A stretch of DNA of 41,191 nt from a virus (taxonomy: Duplodnaviria > Caudoviricetes): positions 1-41,191 of the IMG/VR virus record IMGVR_UViG_3300021142_000072, one strand, 5' to 3'. The notes under the pieces were generated by a model that saw nothing but the letters and a program-made list of their open reading frames with translations, was not told where the DNA came from and ran no database searches. The translations under genes and the position numbers were made by a program. Shown in pieces: positions 33,264-41,191 of the stretch (positions are counted from its first letter, which is position 1; each line of letters starts with the position of its first letter).

Positions 33264-33469
33264 AACGACTGGAGTGGCTACTTGAAGGGCATGAACGAAG
33301 CCCAGATTTAACCTATCCAGATATGCAGTATTACTACTACCAATGCGCTAATCGCTTTGGATGGACTCCCGAAGAAACTGACCGCCAGCCTTTCATGTTA
33401 ACTACATGGATGCTGATGATTGGTTCTTCGGTGGACAAAGTGGAAGCGAAAGCCATAAATCCAAATTAG
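33248..33469 (+). CDS. -1 frameshift extension of the tail assembly chaperone (G-T)
   Basis: C CCA AAA at 33248-33254; -1 frame open to TAG 33469 and encodes RFGWTPEETDRQP. Confidence 0.75.
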   Translation, partial: PKRQLERLEWLLEGHERSPDLTYPDMQYYYYQCANRFGWTPEETDRQPFMLTTWMLMIGSSVDKVEAKAINPN

Positions 33470-33477
33470 GAGAATCC

Positions 33478-34017
33478 ATGTCTGTAACTGTTAAGGGCTT
33501 GGATTCTCTTATTAATAAAGTTAATAACATTGGTAAAAATGGACAGATGGCTGCCAAGGAATCTGTCGAAAAGATGGCTGCCGCAGTAGAACGCCAAGCG
33601 CGTATCAATGCCAATACGGGTTCACACCCTAAAGGCAGTTACTCCATGACCGCTACACCGCTTGTTCCATTTGGCCCTAACTCGGCGCAGATTGGTCGCG
33701 CCAAAACAAGCAAAAAAGGTTTTGGTAGTCGCGGTTCGGGTCACATCCCCGGTACTGGCCCCGGCCCTAACATGGTGACGGGAACATTGAACCGTTCGAT
33801 TATTTACACAAGCAATCCTGTTGGTTTGGTTGGTTACATGGCAGTTGTCGGCCCGACTGCAATCTATGGTCGCGCAGTTGAATTAGGTAATCCTCGCTGG
33901 AAGTCTGGCGTTAAGTATCCATACTTGCGCCCCGCGTATGAAGAATTGATGGCTTCAGGAGAACTGAAGGCTATTCACCAAGCAGTTGTTAACAAATATA
34001 TTCTAGGAAGGGGTTAA
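33478..34017 (+). CDS. HK97 gp10-like tail-completion protein
   Basis: AGGAG RBS before ATG 33478; VKGLD.L, TGTLNRSI, YGRAVELG, PYLRPA. Confidence 0.75.
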   Translation: MSVTVKGLDSLINKVNNIGKNGQMAAKESVEKMAAAVERQARINANTGSHPKGSYSMTATPLVPFGPNSAQIGRAKTSKKGFGSRGSGHIPGTGPGPNMVTGTLNRSIIYTSNPVGLVGYMAVVGPTAIYGRAVELGNPRWKSGVKYPYLRPAYEELMASGELKAIHQAVVNKYILGRG

Positions 34018-34019
34018 AA

Positions 34020-36512
34020 ATGCCAATGCTTGACCCCGTAGAAGTTATATTTACTGCTCAGGCAACTCAACTCCTTGCAACAATGAAGGAAATTGAAACC
34101 CAGACTACAAAGATGGATGCCAATTTCTCCAAAATGACCGGCATGGAAAAGATGCAGTCTGTTGCCAATGTTTCCTCTAAGGCGCTTTTGGGCTTTGGTG
34201 CGGTATTGGTTGGTGTTGGTGCAACTGCAATTCACGCATTTGACCAAGTAGAAAAAGCATCCGTTACGGCTCAAACCGCCGTTACTAATCTTGGTTTAAG
34301 TTATTCCAAAGTTGAGCCATACTTTGATGCGCAAGCAAAGTCAATGACCAACCTTGGTTTCAAGTATGCCGACACCATTGGCGCATTGGGAACATTGACC
34401 ACGGCTCTTGGCGACCCTGCCAAGGCAATGTCGTTGATGAACACCGTTGCTGACTTGGCTCGCAAGAACAATACCGACCTTGCAACAACTGCCGACATGG
34501 TTGCTAAGGCAACCGCAGGTAGCGCTCGCGCATTTGCTGACTTAGGTATTAAAGTTGACCGTAACTTAACACCACAAGCAGCGTTCAATCTTTTGATTGA
34601 CCAAGCAAACGGCAAACTTAATGGCTTGGCACAAAACTTTGCAAAGACTGTTCCCGGTGCGATAGATGTTACTAACGCTAAGTTAAACCTCACACAAGTT
34701 TCTCTTGGCAAGGCACTTGCTCCTGCAATGGGTCAATTAGCAGGTATTGCTCAGACCGTTCTTGTTCCCGCTCTTAATGCGATTGCTAATACTGTTAGCG
34801 CAGCGCCCGGTGCGTTCGAACTTTTGGCTGGCGGTCTATTAGCCGCTGGCGTTGCGATGAAGGCATTTGCAGCAGTTACCGCGATGGCTGATAGCGCGCT
34901 TGGCGCTTTGCTTTTGGAAGCAGCACCATTCGCAGCGATTGCCGTTGGTCTTGTTGCTTTGATTGAGTTGCTTCACAATATGCCTAACCAAGACACATCA
35001 GGCAAGATGGGGCCGGGCGGTTCTGTAAGTGGAACGGCAACTACTAGCCCTACCTTTGACCCACTTCATGCTTCATTGTTGCCACCTAGCAAGTCAGCAA
35101 AGACACCTGACAAGCCAACCCCACCAAAGAAGCCACTTACTCCCGCTGAACAATTAGCGGCTGACCAAGCAGCAGCGGTTAAGGCATACGAAGATTCAGT
35201 TAAAAATTTTACGGCTATCAATAATGCTCAGACCGCAGCACTTCAAGCATCTGTTCAAAAGGCAGTTACCATCAAATCTACTGGTAACAAGATTATGGAT
35301 GCCATTAACAAGACTTATTACGATTCTGCAACCGCGGCATATCAGGCTTATGCAGATGCCGAATTAAGCGCAACCAAGACTTTAACTGATACTGAACAAT
35401 CTATTCAGGAAAACTTCCAGCAACAACAACTGGCATTAACTCAGCAATACACCAAGCAATACGCATCCATCATCTTGCAGAACATCCAGCAAATGACAGG
35501 CGCTTTTGCTTCCTCTACTGCTCTTAATGTCGGTGATTTGTTCAATCAGATGCTTGGCGGCATCGCTAATAACGCCAATATCGGAACACTTGTTGCTCAG
35601 TTCAACCGCCGTTTGGTACAAGCGCAACAACTGGCTCAAGGCGCTAATCAACTTGCGGCTCTTGGATTCTCGCAGACCTTTATTGACCAAGTTGTAGGCA
35701 TGGGCGCGCAACAGGGCAACCTGCTTGTTAACGCCATTACAAGTTCAACTCCTGACCAAATTCAGGCGTTAAAGGATAGTTTCAACTCTCTCAATACCGT
35801 ATCCAATACCGGTGTTACGGCGCTCGCTACCACCATGAGCAACGGCGTTGACTTTGCTACTCAGCAACTCGCGCAGCAATACGCACAGGTTACGACCGAT
35901 TACAACAATGCTCTGACTGACCTTAACAATCAGACTCAGATTCAGTTGGATGCGGCTCAGCGCACCTTTACCGCTTCGATGGCAGATGCCAAAAGCAAGT
36001 TAGACACATCATTAAAGAACTCTTACGATGCTTTGGCTCAGTCGTTCCAAGCATCAGGATTTACTGCCAAGCAAGCAACCGATGATGTTAATAACTTTAT
36101 GAAATCCATCATTAGCAGCAGCCCACAAATGAAGGATTACATTACGGCTCTTCAAACCGTTAACACATTGCTCGGCGCTCCATTGACCGTTTCTGGTCTT
36201 GGTGGTCAAACTGCTGGTCAACAGATTCTTGCAACACAAGGACTTGCTCAATCTTCAGCCGCAGCACAAGCAGCAGTTCCACAGAACCTTGGCACTACAA
36301 CTTCCGGCGGTGTCACTCAGAACATCAATGTTATTTCTGTTGGTTCAAACATTACTGCCGCCGACCAAGCAGCAGCAATCAACTACGGGGCAGTTGCCGT
36401 AACTGCATCTAGCGATACAACTTACGCAATTACTGGCCCATCCAAAGCAACGCAACAAGGCATCGCTGCTAAACTTGTCGCCATGCAAAATTCAGTAGGA
36501 AGTGGTTACTAA
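34020..36512 (+). CDS. Tape measure protein
   Basis: 830 aa, Ala/Gln/Thr-rich helical sequence with hydrophobic segments; tail module position. Confidence 0.9.
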   Translation: MPMLDPVEVIFTAQATQLLATMKEIETQTTKMDANFSKMTGMEKMQSVANVSSKALLGFGAVLVGVGATAIHAFDQVEKASVTAQTAVTNLGLSYSKVEPYFDAQAKSMTNLGFKYADTIGALGTLTTALGDPAKAMSLMNTVADLARKNNTDLATTADMVAKATAGSARAFADLGIKVDRNLTPQAAFNLLIDQANGKLNGLAQNFAKTVPGAIDVTNAKLNLTQVSLGKALAPAMGQLAGIAQTVLVPALNAIANTVSAAPGAFELLAGGLLAAGVAMKAFAAVTAMADSALGALLLEAAPFAAIAVGLVALIELLHNMPNQDTSGKMGPGGSVSGTATTSPTFDPLHASLLPPSKSAKTPDKPTPPKKPLTPAEQLAADQAAAVKAYEDSVKNFTAINNAQTAALQASVQKAVTIKSTGNKIMDAINKTYYDSATAAYQAYADAELSATKTLTDTEQSIQENFQQQQLALTQQYTKQYASIILQNIQQMTGAFASSTALNVGDLFNQMLGGIANNANIGTLVAQFNRRLVQAQQLAQGANQLAALGFSQTFIDQVVGMGAQQGNLLVNAITSSTPDQIQALKDSFNSLNTVSNTGVTALATTMSNGVDFATQQLAQQYAQVTTDYNNALTDLNNQTQIQLDAAQRTFTASMADAKSKLDTSLKNSYDALAQSFQASGFTAKQATDDVNNFMKSIISSSPQMKDYITALQTVNTLLGAPLTVSGLGGQTAGQQILATQGLAQSSAAAQAAVPQNLGTTTSGGVTQNINVISVGSNITAADQAAAINYGAVAVTASSDTTYAITGPSKATQQGIAAKLVAMQNSVGSGY

Positions 36513-37366
36513 TGACTGTCACTTCGCTCAATAACTACTCATTTGCATTTAATGGGTTTGTCTTTGGCGGTACTGGCTCTCCGTACCAAATTGCCAGCGT
36601 TGATGGTTTACAAGGACTTCCTGCCATTGACAATCAGGATGATAACCGCGGTTATGCAGACGGTATGTTTACGGGTCGTGACTTCCTTCGCGGTCGTACC
36701 GTCACCATTCAGATTCAGGTATTCGGCACATCCAATACCTCTATGCAGACCAATCTTAACGCTTTGTTGTCAGCCTTGCAGCCACAACAACAAGGCACAA
36801 CTCCATTGCAGTTCCAACTGCCGGGAAGCAACTTGCAGCGAGTCAATGCCCGCGTGCGTAATCGTCAGGTACAAATCAACCCTGATTATGCTTACGGTAA
36901 GGCAATCGTAACTTATATGTTCTTTTGCCCTGATGGTCGTATTTACGATGATACTTTGCAATCGCAGAACATCTATTCATCATCACCTGTTAGCGGTCGT
37001 ACCTACAACCGTACCTATAACTTAACTTACGGCACAGGTTACGCAAACGGTATTATTAGCAACGCGGGTAACACAACAACCTTCCCGCTGATTACTATTA
37101 CTGGCCCATGCGTTAACCCACAGGTCAGCAACATTACTTCTGGTCAATTCTTGAAGATTAACTACACCTTGGCTATTTCCGATACCTTGGTGCTAGATAC
37201 CAATTATCGAACCGTAACCTTAAACGGTGTTAACCGCCGCGCTCTTTTGGACAACAGTTCGTCATGGTTCGCTTTATCGCCCGGCACTTCGTACTATACT
37301 TTCGTTGCTTCGGGAACAGGCACAGGTACATCTTGTGTTGTTTCTTGGCAGAACGCCTACATCTAG
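36512..37366 (+). CDS. Distal tail protein (Dit)
   Basis: Follows TMP; FFCPDGRIY, NAGN..TFPLITITGP, WFALSPG. Confidence 0.8.
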   Translation: MTVTSLNNYSFAFNGFVFGGTGSPYQIASVDGLQGLPAIDNQDDNRGYADGMFTGRDFLRGRTVTIQIQVFGTSNTSMQTNLNALLSALQPQQQGTTPLQFQLPGSNLQRVNARVRNRQVQINPDYAYGKAIVTYMFFCPDGRIYDDTLQSQNIYSSSPVSGRTYNRTYNLTYGTGYANGIISNAGNTTTFPLITITGPCVNPQVSNITSGQFLKINYTLAISDTLVLDTNYRTVTLNGVNRRALLDNSSSWFALSPGTSYYTFVASGTGTGTSCVVSWQNAYI

Positions 37367-37375
37367 GAGATATCA

Positions 37376-38386
37376 ATGGCACTACGCACACCGCCAAGTT
37401 GGTTACAGAACGGCTCTCACACCGCTGAGAATGACCGTCTAACTGCCACCTCTTCTATTTGGAATACGGCGGGTGTTACTGATTACGGCAATATGTTCGT
37501 CACACCAACTGGTACGCCTTCTATGGCGGTTCAGATTGCAGCGGGAACGGCTCTTATTGCAGGTACTCAGACCTCAACACAGGGTTTTTACATTGCTTAC
37601 AATGATGCTTCTACCACAATCTCCATCGCGCCATCTAACGCTACAAACCCACGCATTGACCTTGTAGTAGTCACCGTACAAGATGCTTTCTACGGTGGAA
37701 CTGCAAACAATCAGGTTATTTTTCAAGCAATCACCGGCACTCCAGCGGCATCTCCAGTAGCGCCATCCGCTCCTGCTAACTCGTTCATCTTGGCTCAGGT
37801 TCTTGTAGGCGCTGGCGTAACCTCAATTTCTTCAGGTAACATCACCGACAAGCGCACCTTTGCACAACAGGCAGACTTAAATGTTACCGCTTCCGTAACT
37901 AACGCCAATAGCGTTACCATCAACACGATTGCTTCTCAGACAGGCAAGGCGCTTCAGATTAATAACTCATCTGGCGCACAGGTCTTTGGCGTATCCCCAT
38001 CGGGAACTCTTACCTTCCAAGACGGTTCAACGCAGACAACCGCATCAACTTACAATCCAAACATTACAATTAACGCTCAGACCAACACGACTTACACCGT
38101 GAATGTGACTGATGCTCAGAAGTTTGTCACCTTGACCAACTCAGCACCGATTACCATAACTATTGCTTCCAACGCTACTCAGGCGCTTCCTGTTGGTACA
38201 CAGGTTACATTTGCTCAATACGGCGCAGGACAGGTTAACTTTGTCGGCGCATCTACGCCAAACCCTGTAACTATTGTTTCGACAGGCGCAACGGCAAGCA
38301 ACCCTAAACTTCGCTCACAATATAGCGTTTGCACCGCGCTTCAGATTTCTACCGACAACTGGATTATTACAGGCGATGTCGCGTAA
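37376..38386 (+). CDS. Minor tail / baseplate-fibre protein
   Basis: NPRIDLVV, ITDKR, C-terminal WIITGD domain. Confidence 0.7.
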   Translation: MALRTPPSWLQNGSHTAENDRLTATSSIWNTAGVTDYGNMFVTPTGTPSMAVQIAAGTALIAGTQTSTQGFYIAYNDASTTISIAPSNATNPRIDLVVVTVQDAFYGGTANNQVIFQAITGTPAASPVAPSAPANSFILAQVLVGAGVTSISSGNITDKRTFAQQADLNVTASVTNANSVTINTIASQTGKALQINNSSGAQVFGVSPSGTLTFQDGSTQTTASTYNPNITINAQTNTTYTVNVTDAQKFVTLTNSAPITITIASNATQALPVGTQVTFAQYGAGQVNFVGASTPNPVTIVSTGATASNPKLRSQYSVCTALQISTDNWIITGDVA

Positions 38387-38636
38387 AAATTTAACGCCTG
38401 AAAATTACTTTACGGCGACTATAGACCCATCAACGCCAACCCTAAGAATTGGCGATGTTTACTTTAATACCTCGGATAATTCCTTGCGTATTTACAATGG
38501 GTCAATTTGGATTTCTCTTACTTCGGCATCAACGCTCTCAGCGCTGGATGCTGGATTCTTTGATAGCATATCCCCCTACGATGGTGGTACTGCTACTACT
38601 ACTAGCACCCAAACGGTTGATGGAGGCTCTGCATGA
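38376..38636 (+). CDS. Small fibre-module protein
   Basis: ATG 38376 (MSRKNLTP); GDVYFNT..IYNGSIW; ends VDGGSA. Confidence 0.6.
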   Translation: MSRKNLTPENYFTATIDPSTPTLRIGDVYFNTSDNSLRIYNGSIWISLTSASTLSALDAGFFDSISPYDGGTATTTSTQTVDGGSA

Positions 38637-39130
38637 GCGTTATTACACAAGTTCAATTACGCCGTGGTACTGCCGCTTCATGGGTATCCGCTAACTCAAC
38701 GCTTGCCGCGGGTGAAGTCGGCTTTGAGACAGATACCCTTAAATTCAAGATTGGCAACGGCTCAACGGCATGGAACTCGCTTGTTTATGCAAACCCCGGC
38801 ATCAACCAATCAACACCAACATTTAGCACCAATGCTTACACGCTTGTAACTTCTGATGCTGGCAACATTCTTCTTGCATCAAACTCATCTATTGCAGCAA
38901 CATTGAATATCCCTACTAACGCATCCGTAGGTTTCCCCATCGGCACTCAGATTACGGTTATCCAAACCGGTTCGGGTCAGATTACTATTCAGGCAGTTAC
39001 TTCGGGAACAACCACCGTTAACTCAACAGGTTCAACCGCGACAACTCCTAAACTTCGCGCACAGTTCTCTTCAGCAACCCTTATCAAAACCGCAACAGAT
39101 ACTTGGTATGTAGTGGGTGATGTAGCGTGA
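38633..39130 (+). CDS. Fibre protein with an Mtd-like N-terminal domain
   Basis: QLRRGTAASW..AN.TLAAGEVGFETDT.KFKIGNG; C-terminal WYVVGD domain. Confidence 0.8.
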   Translation: MSVITQVQLRRGTAASWVSANSTLAAGEVGFETDTLKFKIGNGSTAWNSLVYANPGINQSTPTFSTNAYTLVTSDAGNILLASNSSIAATLNIPTNASVGFPIGTQITVIQTGSGQITIQAVTSGTTTVNSTGSTATTPKLRAQFSSATLIKTATDTWYVVGDVA

Positions 39131-39690
39131 GTTTAATTCCCGGAGTTATAGCCTCTGGAATATCGGGGCATTTGGGTGGTAACTACTACTCTATTGCTAC
39201 TCAAACGCTTGGAAGCGCTACAAGCACAATAACCTTTTCTTCTATTCCAAGCACTTATACCCATTTGCAACTTCGAGGTATTTGGCAAAATACTACAAGC
39301 GGCAACGGTTATGCTGCTATGACTTTCAATGGCGTAACCACAGGCAATTTGTATTCAGGCCATGTGCTTTATGGTAATGGTTCATCCGCTGGTTCTAATA
39401 CTGCAGACGGTCAAAATGCAAATTTATTCTTCGTAGGCTCAAGCGCACAAACATCAAGCATGATGACTGCTGGAATTATAGATATTCTTGATTATACAAA
39501 TACTAACAAAAATAAAACAGTAAAAATTTTATACGGTTATGACACAAATGGTGGAACATACACTCAAGAATTAGGCTTAGCCTCTGGATTGTTTATGAGT
39601 ACCAACGCAATTTCTTCTTTAACCCTGAGCCTCACTCAGGGAACAAACTTTGCTCAGTATTCTTCCTTCGCTTTGTATGGAGTTAAATAA
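39127..39690 (+). CDS. Fibre-tip / receptor-binding paralog 1
   Basis: IATQTL..TFSSIPSTYT...FALYGVK. Confidence 0.7.
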   Translation: MSLIPGVIASGISGHLGGNYYSIATQTLGSATSTITFSSIPSTYTHLQLRGIWQNTTSGNGYAAMTFNGVTTGNLYSGHVLYGNGSSAGSNTADGQNANLFFVGSSAQTSSMMTAGIIDILDYTNTNKNKTVKILYGYDTNGGTYTQELGLASGLFMSTNAISSLTLSLTQGTNFAQYSSFALYGVK

Positions 39691-40208
39691 TGGCTAGCGC
39701 ATCAACATATACACCGATTGCAACACAGACGCTTGCAACGGGAGCATCGTCGGTTACTTTTTCATCCATCCCACAAACTTATACTGATTTAGTAATTTCA
39801 ATGAATGTTGCTGGAACAAATACTTCTTATACTGGAATTACAATTCAAGCGGGCAATGGTTCGGTACTTACTTCTGGTTATAGTCAAACCGCATTAAGCG
39901 GTAGCGGTTCTGCTGCTTCTTCTAGTCGCATTACTTCTAATGCTAACTGGAATTTGAACCGAGTATCGGGCTTTTCATCAGACCAATTTGGCGCATACAT
40001 AGTAAACATTATGAATTATTCCAATACTTCTACATATAAAACTATGCTTGAAAGAACTAACATAACAACTGGTGCAGGTGCCGGAGTAGAAGCAATAGTT
40101 GGATTATTGCAAAGCGGTTCAGCGATAAACATTATTACTCTTTCTGTTTCTGGAATGAATTTTGCATCAGGTTCAACCTTTACTCTCTACGGAATTGCGA
40201 GTGCTTAA
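39690..40208 (+). CDS. Fibre-tip / receptor-binding paralog 2
   Basis: IATQTL..TFSSIPQTYTDL...FTLYGI. Confidence 0.7.
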   Translation: MASASTYTPIATQTLATGASSVTFSSIPQTYTDLVISMNVAGTNTSYTGITIQAGNGSVLTSGYSQTALSGSGSAASSSRITSNANWNLNRVSGFSSDQFGAYIVNIMNYSNTSTYKTMLERTNITTGAGAGVEAIVGLLQSGSAINIITLSVSGMNFASGSTFTLYGIASA

Positions 40209-40210
40209 CT

Positions 40211-40729
40211 ATGGCAACTTCAACATATAACCTCATCGCAAGCCAAGTAGTCGGTTCTGGCGGAGCATCGTCAATTACCTTCTCGTCAATTCCAGGAACA
40301 TATACGGATTTGAAAGTTGTTTATTCCACGCGTACCTCTGATTCGGCAACCGATAAAGGTATGTTCGTACAATTTAATGGAGATACAACTTCTTCATATA
40401 CTTATAAGTTCCTTCGTGGCAATGGCTCGGCGGCTGGCTCGGGCGGCACAACAACAACACTCCTATACTTTGGAAACTTTCCTGGTGGCGGTAGCACTGC
40501 TAGTACATTTGGCAATGGCGAGTTTTATATTCCTAATTACACATCAGGCAATTACAAATCTGTATCTGCTGATTCTGTTTCAGAAAATAACGCAACTGCC
40601 GCTTGGGATACTTTAGTTGCTGGATTATGGTCTAAAACAAATGCCATTACTTCTATTTTGCTTTATCCAGAAGGTGGCAACTTCGTTCAATACTCCACTT
40701 TTTACTTATACGGCATAAACAACTCATAA
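40211..40729 (+). CDS. Fibre-tip / receptor-binding paralog 3
   Basis: IASQVV..TFSSIPGTYTDL...FYLYGI. Confidence 0.7.
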   Translation: MATSTYNLIASQVVGSGGASSITFSSIPGTYTDLKVVYSTRTSDSATDKGMFVQFNGDTTSSYTYKFLRGNGSAAGSGGTTTTLLYFGNFPGGGSTASTFGNGEFYIPNYTSGNYKSVSADSVSENNATAAWDTLVAGLWSKTNAITSILLYPEGGNFVQYSTFYLYGINNS

Positions 40730-40742
40730 CTAAGGAGCAATC

Positions 40743-40967
40743 ATGGCAGATGTAGTTGACATTAACTGCGAGACAAAAGAAGTAACCACTCGCCCACAAA
40801 CCGCTGAAGAAATTGCCGCTGCTGAAGCCGCCGCCGCACAAGCCGCCGCTGATGCTAAGGCTAAAGCCGATGCAGATGCCGCCGCTGCTGCCGCTAAAGC
40901 AAGCGCTGAGGCTAAACTTGCTGCTCTTGGCTTGACCGTTGAAGAAATCGCCGCGCTTTCTAAGTAA
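40743..40967 (+). CDS. Ala-rich helical protein, putative fibre assembly chaperone
   Basis: AAGGAG RBS; NCET.EV..RP.TAEEI...KLAALGLT.EEI. Confidence 0.7.
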   Translation: MADVVDINCETKEVTTRPQTAEEIAAAEAAAAQAAADAKAKADADAAAAAAKASAEAKLAALGLTVEEIAALSK

Positions 40968-40992
40968 GGCGTATATGTATTAGGAGGTAGTG

Positions 40993-41191
40993 ATGGCAAC
41001 AACAATCTATCGCTACCTCTTTGCCGACCTTTTAACCAATCAAATCCTTGCCGAACTTCCCCTAACGGGAGTTTCCTTTACTCAGGTTCTCAACGCCGCG
41101 GGTACATTTCAAGGTCACATCATGCTTTCGGATTTGTCCGAAGCGGGCTACGACCTCACCAACACCACGATTCCCGGTCGCACCGCTATCT
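40993..41191 (+). CDS. 5' part of the minor tail protein that continues at position 1
   Basis: AGGAGG RBS; MATTIYRYLFADLLTNQILAELPL is in frame with 1-1068. Confidence 0.85.
   Translation, partial: MATTIYRYLFADLLTNQILAELPLTGVSFTQVLNAAGTFQGHIMLSDLSEAGYDLTNTTIPGRTAI
41065..41191. repeat. Terminal direct repeat, right copy
   Basis: Identical to 1-127. Confidence 0.95.

Noticed and set aside
38633-40729. Diversity-generating retroelement suggested by the Mtd-like N-terminus
   Set aside because: No reverse transcriptase and no TR/VR pair differing at adenines was seen

Overview
This window is a complete, circularly permuted siphovirus-like phage genome of about 41,064 bp; bases 1-127 are identical to 41065-41191. 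The host is probably an actinobacterium, judged from a WhiB gene, an actinobacterial-type SOS box, leaderless genes and an actinobacterial-type transglycosylase. Almost all genes are on the + strand. Gene order: tail end and lysis cluster (1-4526), metallophosphoesterase pair, four sigma70-like early promoters, a recombination/replication block (SSAP, Cas4-like nuclease, WhiB, DNA methylase, DUF1376-like initiator, HNH, RusA), arrays of small accessory genes, transglycosylase, HslV-like peptidase, SSB, terminase, fibre-like genes, portal, MuF-ADP-ribosyltransferase, prohead protease, capsid and tail module. I found no integrase, DNA polymerase, reverse transcriptase, tRNA or CRISPR array. The most notable observation is a candidate RNA regulatory circuit. 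A multi-hairpin non-coding region (about 16550-16709) exposes two loops, CCGUUC and CCUCCAGU. These are complementary to a conserved (A/G)ACGG hairpin loop at the predicted 5' end of four early transcripts and to the AACUGGAG ribosome-binding regions of several early genes. Three of those promoters also carry CRP/GlxR-type boxes. The candidate RNA lies downstream of a transglycosylase missed by the ORF track, which starts at CTG and is preceded by two translationally coupled minigenes. All product calls come from reading motifs by eye; no database search or folding program was run.
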